From contig CAZESB010000001.1 in assembly GCA_964515115.1 (NCBI GenBank), forward strand, positions 48,292 through 112,291: a stretch of 64,000 bases of DNA, given 5' to 3'. Shown here piece after piece: positions 1-10,824 of this stretch. The notes under the pieces were generated by a model. It did not search any database. It was not told the DNA's origin and was given only the letters and a program-made list of their open reading frames with translations. The stretch's first letter is position 1. Each line of letters begins with the position of its first letter. The translations under genes and the position numbers were made by a program. The DNA comes from an uncultured Pseudomonadales bacterium (GTDB lineage Bacteria; Patescibacteriota; Microgenomatia; UBA1400; PJMF01).

Positions 1-64
1 CGGTTGTTGTTTTGGCCGCAGTATCGGTGTGAACCACGGTTTCTTTTCTTTGTGTGATTGGCAT
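1..64 (-). CDS. hypothetical protein, 5' end only (runs off window)
   Basis: ATG at 64 preceded by GAGGT; open frame MPITQEKKTVVHTDTAAKNNN to the window edge. Confidence 0.5.
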   Translation of the reverse strand, partial: MPITQRKETVVHTDTAAKTTT

Positions 65-185
65 ACCTCAATTATAGTTCAGGTATTTTGTGTAAATTAG
101 TGTAGTCAGGTAAGAAAATGGTAAAAGCTGGCTGTTTCTTGTTTCAACTGTCAAACTACCAAGTACTTCAAACAATTCGGCCCCG

Positions 186-623
186 TCAGCCCAACAAACT
201 GGCAATTTCTTCAGGGAGTATTTCTTTTAGTTGCTGATGTGTATCTGGAGAAATTCGATCCATCATCATACTCAAAGTGGTCTGGATCAAGTCCTCAAAA
301 TTGCCATCGCCGTTATAGATAAAACTTTTTCTAATGTGATCAAGAAATTGCGCCCGATTGTATTTAAGTGGTACGTTGTCAGGATCCCAGCCTTCGTAAT
401 AAAAACCGCGCACCAACATCGGCAGCTCCGAGCCTAAATTTACTGCCTGGTGCACTGGCAGTCGGTCCCTCAAAGCTTGAAGGCTAGATCGCAACAGCTC
501 ATATGATTGTTCGCGGCGATTCTGCCAGCCCAACTCATTTTCCAGGGAATTGAGCAGCTCATTAGTTTCACGAATGGTATCATCAAAACCATCCAAGCCA
601 GTGTGGGCCGTCGATGTTGGCAT
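186..623 (-). CDS. DUF2267 family protein
   Basis: LQALRDRLP...LGSELPMLVRGFYYEGW signature; start moved to ATG 623, 7 nt after TATACT. Confidence 0.85.
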   Translation of the reverse strand: MPTSTAHTGLDGFDDTIRETNELLNSLENELGWQNRREQSYELLRSSLQALRDRLPVHQAVNLGSELPMLVRGFYYEGWDPDNVPLKYNRAQFLDHIRKSFIYNGDGNFEDLIQTTLSMMMDRISPDTHQQLKEILPEEIASLLG

Positions 624-699
624 CAGCAAAAGTATAGGCTTTGATTGTGAAAGAGTGGGTAGAAAGAATTGAGAAGTTGGTAAGAAGATAGTCAAAAAG

Positions 700-1533
700 C
701 TAAAAGTTTTGTTCTAAGTAATCTAAAATGCCGTAAGCCAAGGCTCGGGCAGGAATTTCCGGCCGATCAACGATAATTTTTCTGTCGTCGGCATTGGTTA
801 AAAAACCGGTTTCCAGCAACGCCCCCGGAGTTTTCGACGAAATGGCATGCTCATATTTATCATAAGCAAAAGAGTAGTGATGAGTCATGTTTCTGGTAAT
901 GTTTTTGTCATCACGCCGCAGGCCGGTTTCCGTTTCGTAAGCTTGATCGAGAGCGGCCGCGAGTTTACGAGCCAGACCGGTTTTATCCTTGGCAGAGGAC
1001 GCCACTTTAAAACCATTGGCTTTGGGATTTTTGTCGCTGCCATCGGTATGGACCGAAATGTAAGCATCTGCCCTATATCCCGGAGGAATAACTGCTGGCA
1101 GGATATCAACAATCACGCCTTGTTTTTCTAAAATATCTCGAGCGCGGACCACGATAACGCCCACCACCTCTTTTTCCCATTTGCCCGCCGCGTAGGCACC
1201 GGTATTACCTTTCAGCCAAGCCAGTTCAGTCGGCGGATTTTCATTTTCGAAATGACCAACCTGCAGCCCGACCCGCAAATTTTTACCCTCAAAATTGGGC
1301 AAATTTTTCCTGGTAGAGGTACCCTGGGGAGTGGTAGCAGCAATTTCTTCCACTACTGGCCTGTTAAAAATTTGCCGCTGAATCATGCTGGTCAGAGAAT
1401 TTGTTTCTGGCTGGGCGGTAGAAGTGGGGCTTGCTGAGGGAGTTGTAACCGCGATACTAATCGCTAAAATTAAGCCAACGAGGCTGCTATGCAACGTCAT
1501 CGACGTAGATTTTTGGGCAGGTTTTTTTAGCAT
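700..1533 (-). CDS. N-acetylmuramoyl-L-alanine amidase (Amidase_3), N-terminal membrane anchor
   Basis: Zn ligand motifs QVGH, E, SVHTD and LLETGFLTN. Confidence 0.85.
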   Translation of the reverse strand: MLKKPAQKSTSMTLHSSLVGLILAISIAVTTPSASPTSTAQPETNSLTSMIQRQIFNRPVVEEIAATTPQGTSTRKNLPNFEGKNLRVGLQVGHFENENPPTELAWLKGNTGAYAAGKWEKEVVGVIVVRARDILEKQGVIVDILPAVIPPGYRADAYISVHTDGSDKNPKANGFKVASSAKDKTGLARKLAAALDQAYETETGLRRDDKNITRNMTHHYSFAYDKYEHAISSKTPGALLETGFLTNADDRKIIVDRPEIPARALAYGILDYLEQNF

Positions 1534-1652
1534 GAAGCGTGAATGTTAATACACGCGTAAGAATCGTGCAAGGGCAAAATAACAGAGCAGGCGGGAAGAA
1601 CCAGCAACCTTTACTTTTGCTTGAAATATAGGCCTAAATTTAGAAAAACCCA

Positions 1653-2543
1653 TCAAAGTTCTTTTAGGAATTTCTCAAAGTCTTCACCGTATTTTTTGTC
1701 GGCCAACATGAACTTCGCGTGAGCCTTCATGTAGCGGAGCGGATCGCCGGTAGTCATCCATTCGCCGTCCACTACTTTGACCTTAACAGTGCCGTGTTTG
1801 GCCACTTGGTGATTGGCGTCTTGCAGCCAGAGTTCATTGTCAAGACCGGTAGCGTCGGCTTTGAGATACTCAAAAACTTTAGGCGTCAAAATGTAGCGAC
1901 CGTAGGAAACCAAATTAGATGGCGCCTGATCACGGGGCGGCTTTTCCACCACCATCTCAACTTCCTCATCAGAACCGTCTTTAAGTTTGACCACTCCGTA
2001 GCGATCGACCTCATCCCAAGGCACTTCCTGGACAGCCAAAATACCGTCAAGACCCGGCTCTTGATGATAAAAATCCACAATTTGCTTGACCGCACTCACT
2101 TCCCCCAAAACCAAATCATCACCCCACATCACCACAAAAGCCTCATCGTTTTCCACCAATTCCTTGGCAGTTAAAATCGGGCGGCCATTGCCATAAGGCA
2201 GCCGCTCATCTTGAGGCATGATAGTGATTTTTGGCAGCTTAAAAACCTGCTCAACCTTATCCCAGCGATCCAGCTTGCCTTGTCGAATCATCAAAGTACG
2301 GATGTTGGTAGCCGCGCCGTAAAAATAATCTTCAAATTTGGTCACTTCTCCTGGGGAAGCGACGATAATCACTTCTTCAATCCCAGCGTCAGCACATTCC
2401 TCGACTAAATATTGAATAATCGGCTTATCAATCAGGGGCAGCATTTCCTTGGGAAAGGTTTTGGTAATCGGCAGAAACCTGGAGCCAAAACCCGCGGCGG
2501 TAATAATAGCCCGCTTCACCTTTTGGTTGGATTGATTTTGCAT
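1653..2543 (-). CDS. galU: UTP-glucose-1-phosphate uridylyltransferase
   Basis: AAGFGSRFLPITKTFPKEMLP, VEKP, GRYIL motifs. Confidence 0.85.
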   Translation of the reverse strand: MQNQSNQKVKRAIITAAGFGSRFLPITKTFPKEMLPLIDKPIIQYLVEECADAGIEEVIIVASPGEVTKFEDYFYGAATNIRTLMIRQGKLDRWDKVEQVFKLPKITIMPQDERLPYGNGRPILTAKELVENDEAFVVMWGDDLVLGEVSAVKQIVDFYHQEPGLDGILAVQEVPWDEVDRYGVVKLKDGSDEEVEMVVEKPPRDQAPSNLVSYGRYILTPKVFEYLKADATGLDNELWLQDANHQVAKHGTVKVKVVDGEWMTTGDPLRYMKAHAKFMLADKKYGEDFEKFLKEL

Positions 2544-2606
2544 ATGGGAACTTACCTAAATACTTAATATTGAGTCCGTAAGTAGCAGTATAGCAAGTAT
2601 AGCAAA

Positions 2607-3245
2607 TTAGCCGAAATTTTGTTTTTCGCTTCCCAGAAAGGTGGTCGCACCGTGGCCGGGATAGCAGAGGGTATTGTCGGGCAGCTCGAAAAGTTTCTGC
2701 AGTGAGGTGTGCAGAGCTTTAAAACTGGAGTAACTGTGATTGGTGCTGCCAAGGCCATTTTGAAAAAGAGTGTCGCCGGTGAAAAGAATTTGCCCATCGC
2801 TGACAGTCAAAGTGATTAAACAAATACTGCCTGGGGTGTGGCCGGGCGTTTCAATCACTCGCAGCTTTTGTTTACCAACAGGCAGAACATGATTTTCTTC
2901 CAGAAAAACGCTGGGGGTTGGCACCGGATCAACCGAGCGTTTAAGCCAGTGTTTAGCTCGACTCTGCACTGATTCAAGCAAAAAAAGGTCTTGCTGATTC
3001 ATCATCACTGGAATATTGAAGTTAAGCTGCACTTCCAGCGTACCCAAAATATGATCAAAATGCCCGTGAGTGAGAACGATCGCCAGAGGAGTAAGCTCAT
3101 TTTCCAGAATGGTAGTGGTGACGGTTTCACCGCTGTCGGCCGGATCAATAACCAGACACTCTCTGGTTTCACTGCAAAAGGCCAGATAGCAGTTAGTTTG
3201 TAACTCACCCAGCTCTAGGGTAATGACCTCGAGTTCGTTTGACAT
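2607..3245 (-). CDS. MBL-fold metallo-hydrolase (glyoxalase II-like)
   Basis: THGHFDH, TPGHTPG, FTGDTLF, PGHG. Confidence 0.9.
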   Translation of the reverse strand: MSNELEVITLELGELQTNCYLAFCSETRECLVIDPADSGETVTTTILENELTPLAIVLTHGHFDHILGTLEVQLNFNIPVMMNQQDLFLLESVQSRAKHWLKRSVDPVPTPSVFLEENHVLPVGKQKLRVIETPGHTPGSICLITLTVSDGQILFTGDTLFQNGLGSTNHSYSSFKALHTSLQKLFELPDNTLCYPGHGATTFLGSEKQNFG

Positions 3246-3306
3246 TTAGCCTTGTATTTCAGTATGATTTGATCATTAATATCCTATCACAGCAGGAGAA
3301 AGCCAA

Positions 3307-3594
3307 ATGCAACAAGACACGCCAGTTCCTACTTACGAAGCTCCCGAGTCTCCCGAAGCTCGGCCGACTGATCCGGTTGCCGCCAAAAAACTGCAACTGA
3401 AATATTTGCTGGTGATTGTGGCGCTTTTAGTGGTCGCAGCGGTGGCAGCTCTGGTTTTGAATAGCAATAATAACCAAGCAGAAGAAGAGCTACAGACAGA
3501 AGAAATGAACGAAGCTCTTGAATTGGAAATTGAGAACTCCGCTGGTTTTCCGCAAGAAGAGTTCGTCCCCTACGAAGAACTGCCGATCATGTAG
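3307..3594 (+). CDS. small single-TM hypothetical protein
   Basis: AGGAG SD, one hydrophobic helix, acidic tail. Confidence 0.7.
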   Translation: MQQDTPVPTYEAPESPEARPTDPVAAKKLQLKYLLVIVALLVVAAVAALVLNSNNNQAEEELQTEEMNEALELEIENSAGFPQEEFVPYEELPIM

Positions 3595-4251
3595 TTAAAA
3601 CCAAAATTGAGTCAGCAAGGCAGTGCCGAAGTTGATGATCGGTAGAATGATTCTTCCTGCCAAAGAAACCCCTCCAAAAGGAAAAATCAGTAATATCAAT
3701 AGTATCGTGCCGTATTGTTGCATAAACTGTTCAAACTCGTAAGCAAATTGGCGGGGCAGAATTGCCAGCGCAATCTTGCTGCCATCCAGGGGATAAACGG
3801 GCAGGAGATTGAAAACAGCCAGCATAATATTGACTTGCACTGCCGCCAGCGCAATCAGCAGGAAAATATCAGGCAGAGCCACGGCAGTTTGCAGCAGGGC
3901 AAAAATAATTGAGATCACTGCCGCCAAGATAATATTTGATGCCGGCCCGGCCAAAGCAATCAGGGCAGTATCTCGCACCGGCTCCTTGAGGTTGTAGGGG
4001 TCGAAGGGAACCGGCTTGCCCCAACCAAAACCTACCAAAAGCAGAGTGATAGTGCCCAAAGGATCGAGATGAGCTCTGGGGTCGAGGGTGATGCGGTCAT
4101 TGTAACGAGGCGTGGGGTCGCCCAGATGATCAGCTACCCAGGCGTGAGCAAATTCGTGGATGGTGATAGCTACCAGCAACACTGCCAAAAAAATCACAAT
4201 GCCAATGAGAGTCCAAAGAGTGATGTTTCCAGATAAGAGAGTTAAAAGCAT
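3595..4251 (-). CDS. site-2 protease family (M50) membrane metalloprotease
   Basis: HEFAH, AGPASN, FNLLPVYPLDG. Confidence 0.92.
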   Translation of the reverse strand: MLLTLLSGNITLWTLIGIVIFLAVLLVAITIHEFAHAWVADHLGDPTPRYNDRITLDPRAHLDPLGTITLLLVGFGWGKPVPFDPYNLKEPVRDTALIALAGPASNIILAAVISIIFALLQTAVALPDIFLLIALAAVQVNIMLAVFNLLPVYPLDGSKIALAILPRQFAYEFEQFMQQYGTILLILLIFPFGGVSLAGRIILPIINFGTALLTQFWF

Positions 4252-4370
4252 GGGTTCATTATATACTATTTATATGCTGCGAAGCTGACGTTAACCTTGC
4301 TTCCTCCGGGTTGTGTCATGGGTTGAAATGGCTTGAAAAGGTGAAGAAAAGTGGTATAATCACAATTCTT

Positions 4371-4595
4371 ATGGCAAGCTATTCATTTAAATATCCCAGA
4401 TCAGCTCATATCGGTAACAATGTTTCCCATGCCAAAAACCGCACCAAACGTCGGTTTAAGTACAATTTGCACACGGTGACAGTGGTGATGGATGGGGTTA
4501 AGCAGCGTCTGAAAGTACCGACTAAAGTGCTGCGTCAACTCAAAAAATCCGGGGTGACCACTCATCATCAAAACCTCAGTCAAGCTGCTGAGTAA
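4371..4595 (+). CDS. rpmB: 50S ribosomal protein L28
   Basis: GNNVSHAKNRTKRRFKYNL; ATG 4371 follows TGGTATAAT. Confidence 0.9.
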   Translation: MASYSFKYPRSAHIGNNVSHAKNRTKRRFKYNLHTVTVVMDGVKQRLKVPTKVLRQLKKSGVTTHHQNLSQAAE

Positions 4596-4632
4596 AATCT
4601 TTTTTATTTTCTGAATTTCCGATTTTCTGAAC

Positions 4633-5586
4633 TTACTCCCAAATCGAGTTTTTGATTTGGTGCCAGTGGGCCGGCGTTTGACCTTCAAGTTGCACTTTTT
4701 CCAGTTTGAGTGAACTGTCGCTAGTGGCAACTGCCAGGATTTTCATTCTTTGCTGGCCTTTGTTGGTGGGCACGATAGTCCAAAGTCCGGGCCAAGGGGA
4801 GAAAGCCCGCACGGCGTGGCTAATCAGCGCTGCTGTCGAGTCGTGATGGCGACTGGCTTGTTGCAGCAGAGTGGAGTGGTAGCTGGAGGCGGAAACGCCT
4901 TTAGTGGCTGCTTTGACAGTTTCCCAGACAATAAATGAATCTGCCTTTGCTAATCGCTGCGCCAGCGGTGTTGGCGTTTCCGCCGGTTGGGCCACCGGCT
5001 TAATTTTTCCGGTGGCAAATTTCTCAAGATCATCCCCCAAATGTCGATTGATCAACTCAAAACTGAAGCGGTAATAATCCTCATGATTCCATTGACGATT
5101 AATGTCGAACTGATATTGAGCCAGCACGGGACCGGAATCTAGTCCTTGATCCATCACCATCAGCGTCACTGCTGAAATCGGCTCACCAAACAAAATAGCC
5201 AATTGTCCGGGGGAACTGCCTCGCCATTTCGGCAGGGCAGAGGGATGAATGTTAAGTGGTGCTATTTTTGGCCAAGCCAACAGCTTATCCGGCACTAAGT
5301 AACCAAAATCCACCACCAGCAAAAAATCAGGTCGCGGCCAATGCTTTGGATCAGTAATTTTTGCCAACGTTGCGACAGTGAGTTTATTTTCCACCGTCAC
5401 CACCGTAATCTGCTCTTTTTCAGCCCACAAATGCAACGGATTTTTGGTGAGAATTTTCTTTCTGCCGACTGGTTTTGGCCCGGGAGTGATCACGCCAATC
5501 AGCTCAAACCTCGAGTCCTGATGCAAAGTTTTGGCGCAAGCCTCGGTTCTAACGGTGGTGCCCGCGATAGCGATTTTATATGACAT
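4633..5586 (-). CDS. fmt: methionyl-tRNA formyltransferase
   Basis: NIHPSALPKWRGSSP, LDSGP, RAFSPWPG; adjacent to def. Confidence 0.9.
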   Translation of the reverse strand: MSYKIAIAGTTVRTEACAKTLHQDSRFELIGVITPGPKPVGRKKILTKNPLHLWAEKEQITVVTVENKLTVATLAKITDPKHWPRPDFLLVVDFGYLVPDKLLAWPKIAPLNIHPSALPKWRGSSPGQLAILFGEPISAVTLMVMDQGLDSGPVLAQYQFDINRQWNHEDYYRFSFELINRHLGDDLEKFATGKIKPVAQPAETPTPLAQRLAKADSFIVWETVKAATKGVSASSYHSTLLQQASRHHDSTAALISHAVRAFSPWPGLWTIVPTNKGQQRMKILAVATSDSSLKLEKVQLEGQTPAHWHQIKNSIWE

Positions 5587-6135
5587 CTAAATCATCTCTA
5601 AAAATTCTCGGTCAACTTCCTCAAATTTTTCTGGGTCTATTTCCTGATAAACAGGCAGATTGTCTTTAAGCGAGTGATCAGTAAAAAGAATGCCATTCAA
5701 ATGATCAAGTTCATGCTGAACTACCCGAGCAGGGAAATCAACAAATTTTTCTTTTTGGCGCACCAGCTTGCCATTTTTAATTTGGTCAAACTCCAGCGTC
5801 ACCCACTCCCAACGAAAAACCGGCCCATACAGACGAGGAATAGACAGACAACCCTCCATAATTGGCTCTTTTTGATCTTGGCCAAGCGTTTGTTCGGCTG
5901 AATGTTTCACTATCGCCGGATTAATAAAAATTCTAGGTTCCTTGACTTGAGTCGCGAAAATCCGCCACAATTTATTCACCTGCGGCGCTGCTAAACCGGC
6001 ACCCTTAGGTTTTTTGGTGGCTTTCAAAGTACTCTGGAGTTCAGCGATAAAAGTGAGCAGTTTTTTATCTACCTTAGAAACAGGCTCAGCTTTTTGCCTC
6101 AAAGTTGGGTGCGGAATTTCAATTATTGCCATCAT
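5587..6135 (-). CDS. def: peptide deformylase
   Basis: GAGLAAPQV, EGCLS, QHELDHLNG. Confidence 0.96.
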   Translation of the reverse strand: MMAIIEIPHPTLRQKAEPVSKVDKKLLTFIAELQSTLKATKKPKGAGLAAPQVNKLWRIFATQVKEPRIFINPAIVKHSAEQTLGQDQKEPIMEGCLSIPRLYGPVFRWEWVTLEFDQIKNGKLVRQKEKFVDFPARVVQHELDHLNGILFTDHSLKDNLPVYQEIDPEKFEEVDREFLEMI

Positions 6136-6171
6136 TCGGTCATTATACCGCTACTCTGGCACATTTTGATA

Positions 6172-8220
6172 CTATTCTTCAATTTCCGCTTCACTCTCAT
6201 CAAGCAGTTTAGTCAACTGCGCTCGGGCATTTTCATAATCGGGCTTCAGCTCGAGAGCTTTTTCTTGGGCGCTCTTGGCTGCTTCAAGATCTTCCAGTCC
6301 CCAGGCCACCAGGCCGAGATTGTACCAAAGCTTGGCATCGGTGGGTGCTCTAGCAATGGCTTTTTCCAGTGCATCTTTGGCGTAGAGAAGAAAATCAGCA
6401 TCAATTTGCGACAAGGCAATAAAAATTCTGGCTCGAGTTTTATAAAAATTCAGGTGAGCCGAGTTTAGGGACAAAGACCGATCGCTAAACCTGATAGCTG
6501 CTTCCACCAACTCTGCCGACGCGGTGGCGTCACCGGCTTGAGCCTGAGCTACCGCCAGACTGGCGTAATTTTCAGCCAGTTCGTCATAGAAAAGCGCTTC
6601 GCCGGGCGATCTCTCTACCGCTTCTTGTAAATAGAGCAGACCCTCGCGGTTTTGCTGATTGTCAAGCAAAGATTTACCTAAATTAAAAGCCACATCTGCC
6701 TGGCGATAGTTGTAAATATTGCTCAACAGCATTAAAACTGCCAGGGTGGTAAGAGTAGCAGCAGCAAATTGCCAACCACTAGTGAACTCCGGTTTTTGCA
6801 CCGGCGCCTTTTCAATCTCTCTCACCAGAGCAGAGCTAGCCAGGAAAAAAAACATCAAAACAGTGACCATGACCGTGGAGAAGCCGAAAAAATTGGAAAC
6901 GCTCAAGGCCGCCAGTCCGGATAAGAGCCCTAGATGCAGCAAGCTATTCTTTCTGTAAATTTGAATAATGGCAGTCACAGCGAACCAGCCCAGCAATAAC
7001 AAATACGTTCCCAAGCCAAAAATGCCGGTGGTAGCCAGAAAATTTAGGAACTCATTGTGGGCTTTGTTATAAAGAAAGTCCCACTCGGAAACTAAGTTGT
7101 GTTCAATCGGCCGGTCCAAATAATAGCTGTAAGCGAAAGTTTCCACTCCCGAGCCAAAAAGCGGATACCGCTGCCAAACTTTCAAAGCTCCTGCCCAAAC
7201 AATTTTTCTGATTTCGCCCGAATCGGTGCCGCCTAGCTCCATTTGGTTGGCGGGCAGCTCCTCTACATCTCTGAGCTGGCTCGATTCTGAAGCCAAGAAA
7301 AGCTCTCGCACTGAAGGTGTGTAAGTAGTGCCAAATATGGCCGCAATAGTCACAAACAGCAGTAAAAACCCAAGAGTGTACTGGACCACCCGTCTGCTTA
7401 AATAGTCAGCCGGAGAAAAACGCGCCGACCGCGAAGAATTCTTCCAAGCATAAACCAAAGCACCGGCAAGAAAAACCAACATCCCCACCCCAAAACCCAG
7501 CAGCCCCGAGCGCGACTGAGTAAAAACCAGCGCCATAAACAGCAATCCGCCGGCAATTCCCAAAAACATTTTCTTAAAATAATTAGCCTTTTCTGTAATA
7601 GCCAGATAAATACTGACGGGAATTAAAGTAATAACGTAGGCCGCCAGCCAGTTTGGTTGTCCAAAACTGGCAAAAACCCGCTCTTGCACTTTTTGCACCC
7701 AGCAGTCCACACCAAAATTACTGCCTTTAGACAAAATCAAGCAACTGGCAGAATGGCCAAAATGTTCCAGAATAGCGTAGATTGAAACTAACACGCCTGA
7801 AGTAACCGCGGTTAGCAACAGTTGCTTGATTGCCCGGAGTGGCACGTTGCTGACAAAAGCGTAGTAAAGCAGATAATAGCTCACCAGTGACAGCAACCCG
7901 CCATGAAAGCGGCTGTAGTAACCAAGTACGGAAGTGCGCGGGTGCATTGAGAGCAGGGTAGAAATAACTTGTGAAACCAAAAACAGCAGCAGCGGTAAAT
8001 CCAAATATGTCCGCTGAAAAATCACTCTTTTTTCTTGAATCATCCGCCAAACCCAAGCTCCGCTTATCAAAACAGTCAGCGCGTAAACCAGGATCATTTT
8101 ATTGAACTCGAAAAGCTCTTCAGTTCTGAAAGAAAAATAAAGCGGCGTGGCAAAAAGCAAAAAGTGATACAGCACCAGGATAATTTTTTGCCACCTACTT
8201 AGTTGGCTCATCTGGCTCAT
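6172..8220 (-). CDS. O-antigen ligase/O-oligosaccharyltransferase family membrane protein with C-terminal TPRs
   Basis: Multi-TM; FGQPNWLA, TQSRSG, PLFGSG, AHNEFL; TPR-like helices (WYNLG). Confidence 0.85.
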   Translation of the reverse strand: MSQMSQLSRWQKIILVLYHFLLFATPLYFSFRTEELFEFNKMILVYALTVLISGAWVWRMIQEKRVIFQRTYLDLPLLLFLVSQVISTLLSMHPRTSVLGYYSRFHGGLLSLVSYYLLYYAFVSNVPLRAIKQLLLTAVTSGVLVSIYAILEHFGHSASCLILSKGSNFGVDCWVQKVQERVFASFGQPNWLAAYVITLIPVSIYLAITEKANYFKKMFLGIAGGLLFMALVFTQSRSGLLGFGVGMLVFLAGALVYAWKNSSRSARFSPADYLSRRVVQYTLGFLLLFVTIAAIFGTTYTPSVRELFLASESSQLRDVEELPANQMELGGTDSGEIRKIVWAGALKVWQRYPLFGSGVETFAYSYYLDRPIEHNLVSEWDFLYNKAHNEFLNFLATTGIFGLGTYLLLLGWFAVTAIIQIYRKNSLLHLGLLSGLAALSVSNFFGFSTVMVTVLMFFFLASSALVREIEKAPVQKPEFTSGWQFAAATLTTLAVLMLLSNIYNYRQADVAFNLGKSLLDNQQNREGLLYLQEAVERSPGEALFYDELAENYASLAVAQAQAGDATASAELVEAAIRFSDRSLSLNSAHLNFYKTRARIFIALSQIDADFLLYAKDALEKAIARAPTDAKLWYNLGLVAWGLEDLEAAKSAQEKALELKPDYENARAQLTKLLDESEAEIEE

Positions 8221-8320
8221 TTTGACCCACTTTCCGGTTCAGTTTCTTAAACATACTTTCCTTATTATACAAATTCCTGGTATATTATTTAGTGTACATA
8301 TAAATTTAGAGGAGAACGTA

Positions 8321-8932
8321 ATGAACGACCAACCTGCCCAAGACTACACGCAGTACCCACCTCAGCCGCCTGCTTCGGTTTTGCCTGAGGAGCAGCAGGG
8401 TGATGATGCTGCCGCCAGCCAGCCTCAGTCTCAACCTCAATCCCAGCCCCAGATCCAGCCTCAAGATGCTCCAGAGGGCGGTAGCGGCGATACCGCTTCA
8501 GAAAAACTGGAAGACCAAAACGTTTTCTTTATGCTCGGGGTGACCGATGGCTCCAACGAGCAGCGCGAGGAGTTCCTCGACGAATTACAACAAGTCATTT
8601 GGGAAGATTTTCTCGAATATGACGTCAAATTGCTGATGACCACCGAAGAATACGAAGAACTCCAGCGCTTGTTGGCGGAAAAAGCCGGCCAAGCGTTGGC
8701 ACAGCAGGAGGCAGCAGTGGAATATATTGAAAAACTGGTGCCTGAACTGGAAAATATCATGCTGGAGAAAGCTCTCGAGTTGAAAGCCGATTTGTTCAAA
8801 GAAAGAATTGCTGGCATGAAAGAATATTTTTCTGGTCAGCAGCAGGCCATGGAGAAGATCAGCCGCGCTGAGGAGTTAGTTACGCAGGAGCGCTGGTACT
8901 CAGCTGCAGAGCTGCTTAACAGCATCTCCTAA
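8321..8932 (+). CDS. acidic hypothetical protein with QPQS repeats (DUF5663-like)
   Basis: AGAGGAG SD before ATG 8321; helical E/L-rich core. Confidence 0.7.
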   Translation: MNDQPAQDYTQYPPQPPASVLPEEQQGDDAAASQPQSQPQSQPQIQPQDAPEGGSGDTASEKLEDQNVFFMLGVTDGSNEQREEFLDELQQVIWEDFLEYDVKLLMTTEEYEELQRLLAEKAGQALAQQEAAVEYIEKLVPELENIMLEKALELKADLFKERIAGMKEYFSGQQQAMEKISRAEELVTQERWYSAAELLNSIS

Positions 8933-8961
8933 ATCCTTGTTTCATCTTGTATACTTTCGTC

Positions 8962-10020
8962 ATGAATAGGTTGGCTAAGTTTGGTGCTTTGGTTGGCGGT
9001 TTAATTTCTTCCGGCGAAGCAATTGATGATCAGCTTTTTATTGATGCCGGCTCCAGCAACACCAGAATTTATTTAGGTGAGCGCCTGGTGTATGCCGAAC
9101 CAACCTGCGTGGCGGTCCACCGTCCCAGCGACACGGTTGTGGCGATCGGTACTAAAGCCCAAAAATTGCTGGGTAAAACCGGCGAAAATATGGAGGTGAG
9201 TTTTCCGGTGCAACACGGCGTAGTGGCCAATCCTACTCACATGGAAATCTTTCTCTCAACGGTGCTGAAAAGAATTGTGGCCGATTTTTCTCTCAAGAGA
9301 ACTATTTTGGGTCTAAAAACTTGGTATGCAGTGCCGGCCAGTGCTTCGCCAGTGGAAAAACAATTCATCAAGGAAATTTTGGCTAGTGTCGGTTTTTCCA
9401 AAGTTCACCTACTACCTGGAATAGAAGCCGCTTTTCATAATGTGATCGAGAAAAGCGCTCCTACCCAGTCATATTTGGTGCTGAACATTGGTGGCCAGAT
9501 TGTGGACATTGGTGTTTTCTCTGCCAATAATTTAGTGACGGGCCGAACAATTAAATGGGGCGGAGTGCAGTTTACTGAAACTATCCAGGAAGTAATTCGC
9601 CATGAGCACGAGTGCGCAGTGGGCTGGCACATTGCTGAACAAACAAAATTTGAGATTGCTAGAATTCCGGGAGAGAAAAAAGAGGGCAGAGCCAAGGCAA
9701 AGGCGACTGTGCGAGGCAAGGATGTGATTAAACAAATCAGTAAAACGGTGGTGGTGACTGCGGATATTTTTGATGCTAACTTCAGTGAACTGATGGACGA
9801 ATTGTTCGATGCACTGGAAACTTTTTTGTCCGAACTGCCTTCCGAACTGGCGACAAGCGCTTTGGATCAAGGCATTTACTTAACGGGGGCGGCTAGCCAA
9901 CTCGATGGTTTGGGCGAAGCGTTGGCAGAAAAACTCCAGTCGGTGGTCAATTATTCCCAGCAACCGGAAATGGACACTGTTAAGGGTATGGTGAAGTATG
10001 TCAAAAATCACTCTTTATAG
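8962..10020 (+). CDS. mreB: MreB-family actin-like protein (degenerate motifs)
   Basis: IDAGSSNT, EPTCVA, PVQHGVV, GIYLTG; first gene of mreC-pbp2 operon. Confidence 0.8.
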   Translation: MNRLAKFGALVGGLISSGEAIDDQLFIDAGSSNTRIYLGERLVYAEPTCVAVHRPSDTVVAIGTKAQKLLGKTGENMEVSFPVQHGVVANPTHMEIFLSTVLKRIVADFSLKRTILGLKTWYAVPASASPVEKQFIKEILASVGFSKVHLLPGIEAAFHNVIEKSAPTQSYLVLNIGGQIVDIGVFSANNLVTGRTIKWGGVQFTETIQEVIRHEHECAVGWHIAEQTKFEIARIPGEKKEGRAKAKATVRGKDVIKQISKTVVVTADIFDANFSELMDELFDALETFLSELPSELATSALDQGIYLTGAASQLDGLGEALAEKLQSVVNYSQQPEMDTVKGMVKYVKNHSL

Positions 10021-10783
10021 ACCAGCAGTAGAGAAAAAAGAGTTTGCCATCGTGGTATTGCTGGCAGTGTTGCTGGGTTTGGCAGAATTTGTGGGCTGGA
10101 CTCGGGTGATTTCTGCTCAAGTAGAAGCAGTCCTCAATCCCATTCAGGCCTTCGAAACTCAGTTGGTGCGGGCATTTAGCCAGCCAGCCCGATCTTTTTT
10201 TACCGGTTATCACAGTGCCGAAGAATTGCGAGAGCTGAAAATTAGGTACGCTGCTCAAATAGCGGAACTTGACGAGCTGGACCGACTCCGTCGAGAAAAC
10301 ACTCAACTCAGGCAAATGTTGGAAAATCCGGAGCGACCAAGCGAAGACGTTAAAATTGCTGCTCCGGTAGTATCTTTGGCCTATCCGGCGGTGGCAGCCG
10401 GTAGTCAAAATGGCGTCAATCAAGGCGAAATGGTCACTTTTCAAAATACTTTATTGGGTGTCGTTACGCAAGTTTCTCAGCATCAATCCAGGATCGCTCT
10501 TTTAACCAGAAAAGACAGTGTGCCGGTTTTGGCTAAAACCAACAGTGGTGTGCAAGGAATTGTGACCGGCAATGGCAAGCAAGTCATTTTAACCGAAGTG
10601 CCTCACGGTTTGATTCTCAACAAAGGCGAGCGAGTGGTGACGGTTGGTCAGGAGGGCATTAGGCGCGATGTTTTGATTGGGGTGATTGGTGAGGTGATGA
10701 CCCGACCTTCTGCTCCCACCCAAACCGCAGTAGTTCAACAACAACTGTCATTTTTTGATGTGCCGGCAGTGGAAATTTGGTAA
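9998..10783 (+). CDS. mreC: rod shape-determining protein MreC
   Basis: TM, coiled coil LRRENTQLRQML, beta domain GERVVTVG. Confidence 0.85.
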   Translation: MSKITLYRPAVEKKEFAIVVLLAVLLGLAEFVGWTRVISAQVEAVLNPIQAFETQLVRAFSQPARSFFTGYHSAEELRELKIRYAAQIAELDELDRLRRENTQLRQMLENPERPSEDVKIAAPVVSLAYPAVAAGSQNGVNQGEMVTFQNTLLGVVTQVSQHQSRIALLTRKDSVPVLAKTNSGVQGIVTGNGKQVILTEVPHGLILNKGERVVTVGQEGIRRDVLIGVIGEVMTRPSAPTQTAVVQQQLSFFDVPAVEIW

Positions 10784-10824
10784 CGAAACTTAATTTGCTG
10801 GTTGAATAAATTTAATAAAGGAAA